Shown here: piece by piece, positions 44,791 to 47,837 of the stretch | Position numbering within the stretch: the stretch's first letter is position 1 | Layout of the letters: each line of letters begins with the position of its first letter | Assembly: GCA_021784765.1 (NCBI GenBank) | Contig: JAJYHN010000064.1 | Coordinates: 1 to 47,837, forward strand | Direction of reading: 5' to 3' | Source: Actinomycetes bacterium | GTDB taxonomy: Bacteria; Actinomycetota; UBA4738 | Length of the DNA stretch: 47,837 nucleotides | The notes under the pieces: model-generated | Told to the model about the DNA's origin: nothing | The model's database searches: none | What the model saw: the letters and a program-made list of their open reading frames with translations, nothing else | Position numbers and translations under genes: made by a program

Positions 44791-45395
44791 CGAGGCTCGA
44801 TCATACGGGCCCGCAGGCGCTTCCACAGGGCGTCGACCTGCCGCACGAGGTCCTCCCGCGAGCCGTCGTTGCGCAGGACCTCCTGGGCGACGGCCTCGCG
44901 TTCGGCGTCGGAGGCCTGGGCCGCGATCCGCGCGCGGACCTCGTCGTCGGTTCCGCCCCGCTGCGCCACGGTGCGCCGCACGCGCACGTCCTCCGGGGCC
45001 GACACCGCGACCACCACGTCGAACATCGGCGCGAGCCCTCGTTCGACGAGCAGGGGCACCGCGTAGACGACGATCCGTTCGGTCGCGCGCAGGGATGCGA
45101 CGCGCTCGGTGAGCAGCCGGGCGACCTCGGGGTGGACGATCGCCTCGAGGTCCCGCCGGGCGGTCTCGTCCGCGAACACCACCGCCGCCAGCCGGGCGCG
45201 GTCCAGGGAACCGCCGGGCGCGAGCACGTCCCGGCCGAACCGCCGCTCGATCGCGGAGAGGCCGGGAGTCCCGGGCGCGACGGCCTCCCGAGCGAGGTCG
45301 TCGGCGTCAATGCAGACGGCGCCCCGCGACTCGAGCATGTCGAGGACGGTCGACTTCCCGGAGCCGATCCCGCCGGTCAGCCCGACGAAGAGCAC
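44787..45395 (-). CDS. coaE: dephospho-CoA kinase
   Basis: 202-aa ORF (GTG start). P-loop GLTGGIGSGKST, then ...VCIDADDLAREAV. It sits immediately downstream of rpsA, as in many actinobacteria. Confidence 0.92.
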   Translation of the reverse strand: MLFVGLTGGIGSGKSTVLDMLESRGAVCIDADDLAREAVAPGTPGLSAIERRFGRDVLAPGGSLDRARLAAVVFADETARRDLEAIVHPEVARLLTERVASLRATERIVVYAVPLLVERGLAPMFDVVVAVSAPEDVRVRRTVAQRGGTDDEVRARIAAQASDAEREAVAQEVLRNDGSREDLVRQVDALWKRLRARMIEPR

Positions 45396-45411
45396 GGCCG
45401 GAAGGCGCCCG

Positions 45412-46722
45412 TCAGTCGGTGCGGCCCTCGCGCCGCTTCAGGTCCTCGAGGATGGCCTCGAGCGAGACGTCCCCACCCTCGCTGGCCGGCCGTGCCTCGA
45501 CGACGGGCTCGGCGGCCTCCGCCGGCTCCACGACGCCCGGCTCGACGCCCGGCTCCACGACGCCCGGCTCGACGCCCGGCTCGGCCTCGATCTCCGGCTC
45601 GAAGGCGGCCGTCTCCTCGTCCGTCCCGACGCGCTTCATCGACAGGCTGATCCGGCGCCGCGAGACGTCGACGTCCACGACCTTGACGCGGACCTGCTGG
45701 CCCACCGCGACGACCTGGTCGGGCGACTCGACGTGCTCGTGCGCCAGCTCGGAGATGTGCACCAGGCCCTCGATGCCCTCGCCGACCCGGACGAACGCGC
45801 CGAACGGCACGAGCTTGGTGACCTGGCCGGAGACGACCTCGCCGGCCTGGTACTTGCGCTCGAACTCCCGCCAGGGATCCTCCTGGGTGGCCTTCAGCGA
45901 CAGCGAGACGCGCTCCCGCTCGAGGTCGACGTCGAGCACCTCGACCTCGACCTCCTGGCCGACCTGGACGACCTCGCTCGGGTGGTCGACGTGCTTCCAC
46001 GACAGCTCGGAGACGTGCACCAGCCCATCGACCCCGCCGCCGAGGTCCACGAACACGCCGAAGTTCACGATCGAGCTGATCGAGCCGGTGCGCCGCTCAC
46101 CCTTCTTCAGTCCCTCGAGGAACGACTTGCGGCCCTCGCTCTGCGACTCCTCCAGGAAGGCGCGGCGCGACAGCACGACGTTGTTGCGATTGCGGTCGAG
46201 CTCGATGATCTTCGCCTCGAGCTCCTGGCCGACGTAGGGATGGAGGTCGCGAACGCGGCGGAGCTCGACCAGCGACGCCGGAAGGAATCCCCGCAGGCCG
46301 ATGTCGAGGATCAGGCCGCCCTTGACGACCTCGATGACCGGGCCCTTGATGGTCTGGCCGGACGTCATCGTCTGCTCGATCTTGATCCACGCGCGCTCGT
46401 ACTGCGCGCGCTTCTTCGAGAGGATCAGGCGGCCCTCCTTGTCCTCCTTCTGGAGCACGAGGGCCTCGATGTGGTCGCCGATCTCGACGACCTCCGAGGG
46501 GTCGACGTCGTGCCGGATGGACAGCTCCTTCGCGGGGATGACCCCCTCGGACTTGTAGCCGATGTCCAGCAGCACCTCGTCGCGGTCGATCTTGACGATG
46601 GTCCCCTCGACGAGGTCACCGTCGTTGAAGTCCTTCAGGCTCGCTTCCATGGCCTGGACCAGCTCTTCCGGGCTGAGGTCGGCCTGCGGCGCCTTGACGT
46701 CCTGCGTGTCGATCTCCGTCAC
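45412..46722 (-). CDS. rpsA: 30S ribosomal protein S1
   Basis: Track ORF 45412..47292 trimmed to the GTG at 46720-46722, preceded by AAGGAAGGA. Four S1 OB-fold repeats (GDLVEGTIVKIDRDEVLLDIGYKSEGVIP; ...GFLPASL; ...DGLVHVSELS; ...EGLVHISEL) and an acidic C-terminal tail. Confidence 0.93.
   Translation of the reverse strand: MTEIDTQDVKAPQADLSPEELVQAMEASLKDFNDGDLVEGTIVKIDRDEVLLDIGYKSEGVIPAKELSIRHDVDPSEVVEIGDHIEALVLQKEDKEGRLILSKKRAQYERAWIKIEQTMTSGQTIKGPVIEVVKGGLILDIGLRGFLPASLVELRRVRDLHPYVGQELEAKIIELDRNRNNVVLSRRAFLEESQSEGRKSFLEGLKKGERRTGSISSIVNFGVFVDLGGGVDGLVHVSELSWKHVDHPSEVVQVGQEVEVEVLDVDLERERVSLSLKATQEDPWREFERKYQAGEVVSGQVTKLVPFGAFVRVGEGIEGLVHISELAHEHVESPDQVVAVGQQVRVKVVDVDVSRRRISLSMKRVGTDEETAAFEPEIEAEPGVEPGVVEPGVEPGVVEPAEAAEPVVEARPASEGGDVSLEAILEDLKRREGRTD
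45522..45582. repeat. in-frame 27-bp tandem duplication inside the rpsA 3' tail
   Basis: The unit CCGGCTCCACGACGCCCGGCTCGACGC occurs at 45522-45548 and identically at 45549-45575, followed by a partial third copy. It encodes (minus strand) the repeated EPGVEPGVV segment of the S1 C-terminus. Confidence 0.85.
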
Positions 46723-46817
46723 TCCTTCCTTGCCGGCGCGTGGTGATTCGCCGCCGACGACCGGGCGGTTGGGATTTCCGGGTCGCGAACGGACGGCGGA
46801 CGCCGCCGGGCAGGTTG

Positions 46818-46847
46818 AGTGTAGGAGCGGCCAGATTCCCTCGTCAA
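46818..46847 (-). promoter_or_regulatory. putative sigma-A-type promoter of rpsA
   Basis: The minus strand reads TTGACG (46847-46842), an 18-nt spacer, then TACACT (46823-46818), about 95 nt upstream of the rpsA GTG. Confidence 0.4.
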
Positions 46848-47004
46848 CGCGGCGGTAAAGGAGGCAGGGCAAGGATCGGGAAACCGCCGGAACCGGGACC
46901 AGGCCCGGACAGAGCGGATGGACGGGAGCAGAATGGGCCAGAAGGGAGCGGACGGCCCCGCTCGGCCTCGCCCAGGCGGGCGAACAGGGACGGAGGGGAC
47001 TCGC

Positions 47005-47634
47005 ATGAGGCAGCGATCGCAGGGTCTCGCGCTCCTGCTCGCGCTCTCGCTCGCCGGGGCGGCCTGTGGCCGCCTGGCCCAGGCGGTGAGTTCCTCTCCG
47101 ATCCCGGGCCCAACCCTCTCCCCAACCCCCACGCCCCCGAGCGTGCCCGCTCCCGTGTGCTCGGGGTCCAGCCTCCAGGTGCTTGCGGAGCCCCTGCCAG
47201 GACTGAGCTTTGCGGCCCTCTGGGTGATGGGACTGAAGAACGTCGGGGCGAGCGCCTGCACGGTGGAGGGCTTCCCGACGATGAGCGTCCATGACGCGGC
47301 GGGCGCTCCCATCGCGATGCAGGTGAGCGACTTCGCCAGCGATGACGCGCTGGGCTCAGGCAATCCGTCGGAGGTCATCACCCTTGGGCCGGGACAAGTT
47401 GCCGGTTTCTGGCTCGAGGATCACGTGGGGCCGAGTCCCCCGCCGTGCCCCGCGGTCCCGTCGAACGCCATTCTTGACATCACCCCTGCTGGGGCAGCGA
47501 GCCCGGCGAGCATCCATTCGTTTCCACGCGGCTTCACATGTGACTGGGTCGCCGTCAGCCCCTTCCATCCGGGCTTCGCCTTCCCGCCGAACTCGATCGG
47601 GACCCCCTCGCCAGCGATCACCTCTTCGCCGTAG
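47005..47634 (+). CDS. DUF4232-like secreted lipoprotein
   Basis: Track ORF trimmed to the ATG at 47005, preceded by GGAGGGGA. Signal peptide MRQRSQGLALLLALSLAGAAC, a Pro/Thr/Ser linker, then C-x4-L...GLKNVGASACTVEGFPTMSV...PPPC..., which resembles the paired-Cys DUF4232 pattern. Confidence 0.6.
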   Translation: MRQRSQGLALLLALSLAGAACGRLAQAVSSSPIPGPTLSPTPTPPSVPAPVCSGSSLQVLAEPLPGLSFAALWVMGLKNVGASACTVEGFPTMSVHDAAGAPIAMQVSDFASDDALGSGNPSEVITLGPGQVAGFWLEDHVGPSPPPCPAVPSNAILDITPAGAASPASIHSFPRGFTCDWVAVSPFHPGFAFPPNSIGTPSPAITSSP

Positions 47635-47701
47635 GCTCGGGCCTCGATCTCATCTGCACCCGTCGGGCGACGCGCGCGCCGCTCGGGCCCGCCGTCCTTC
47701 G

Positions 47702-47837
47702 TCAGCCGGCGCAGCCGATGGCGGCCGCATACCGCCGGAAGGGAAGGCGGTAGAGCCTGGCGGCGTCCGGGTTGCTGAGCACGAGGTCGAACACCCACCG
47801 GCCGTCAACGTAGAGCCAGTGGTTCACTAACTGGATC
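47702..47837 (-). CDS. 3' end of an unidentified gene (partial; 5' part lies beyond the window)
   Basis: My own minus-strand translation gives ...IQLVNHWLYVDGRWVFDLVLSNPDAARLYRLPFRRYAAAIGCAG* with the stop at 47702-47704. It is GC3-rich and more protein-like than the overlapping plus or minus track ORFs. Confidence 0.4.
   Translation of the reverse strand, partial: IQLVNHWLYVDGRWVFDLVLSNPDAARLYRLPFRRYAAAIGCAG

Overview
This is a very GC-rich, gene-dense chromosomal window. I call about 47 protein genes and one tRNA, and I found no mobile elements, CRISPR array or recognisable defence system. Gene order looks like the conserved core of a high-GC Gram-positive (Actinomycetota-like) genome. One long minus-strand string runs uvrA-uvrC-rapZ / gap-pgk-tpiA-apgM / oppCBDF-like / secG / tRNA-Leu(GAG). 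A second runs rpsA-coaE-HAD-DUF2203-ABC exporter-amino-acid ABC importer, then uvrB. The plus strand carries pyk, a metal (Znu/Tro-type) ABC importer, and an aminotransferase-SCP2-APC permease group. Many neighbouring genes share 1-8 nt start/stop overlaps (GTGA/ATGA), which I used to place starts inside the over-long ORFs of the supplied track. Those long Arg/Pro/Gly-rich antisense ORFs are artefacts of high GC. I did not find a clear novel multi-gene system. Four loci are worth a second look. (1) An endonuclease-V-like ORF appears to have lost its catalytic residues. Its start overlaps the stop of the metal-transporter permease, and it has no stop of its own, so it reads in frame into the downstream class-III aminotransferase. 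(2) A perfect 3 x 26 bp tandem repeat abuts the Shine-Dalgarno of a 49-aa single-pass membrane ORF that the ORF track missed. This lies in a small islet next to tRNA-Leu. (3) The glycolytic operon carries an archaeal-type phosphoglycerate mutase, lacks yvcK/whiA after rapZ, and has an Opp/Dpp-type transporter without a binding protein inserted before secG. (4) The aminotransferase, SCP2 protein and permease, with a convergent C-N hydrolase, may form an amine-utilisation module. All functional calls come from reading motifs by eye, and no database search was run.
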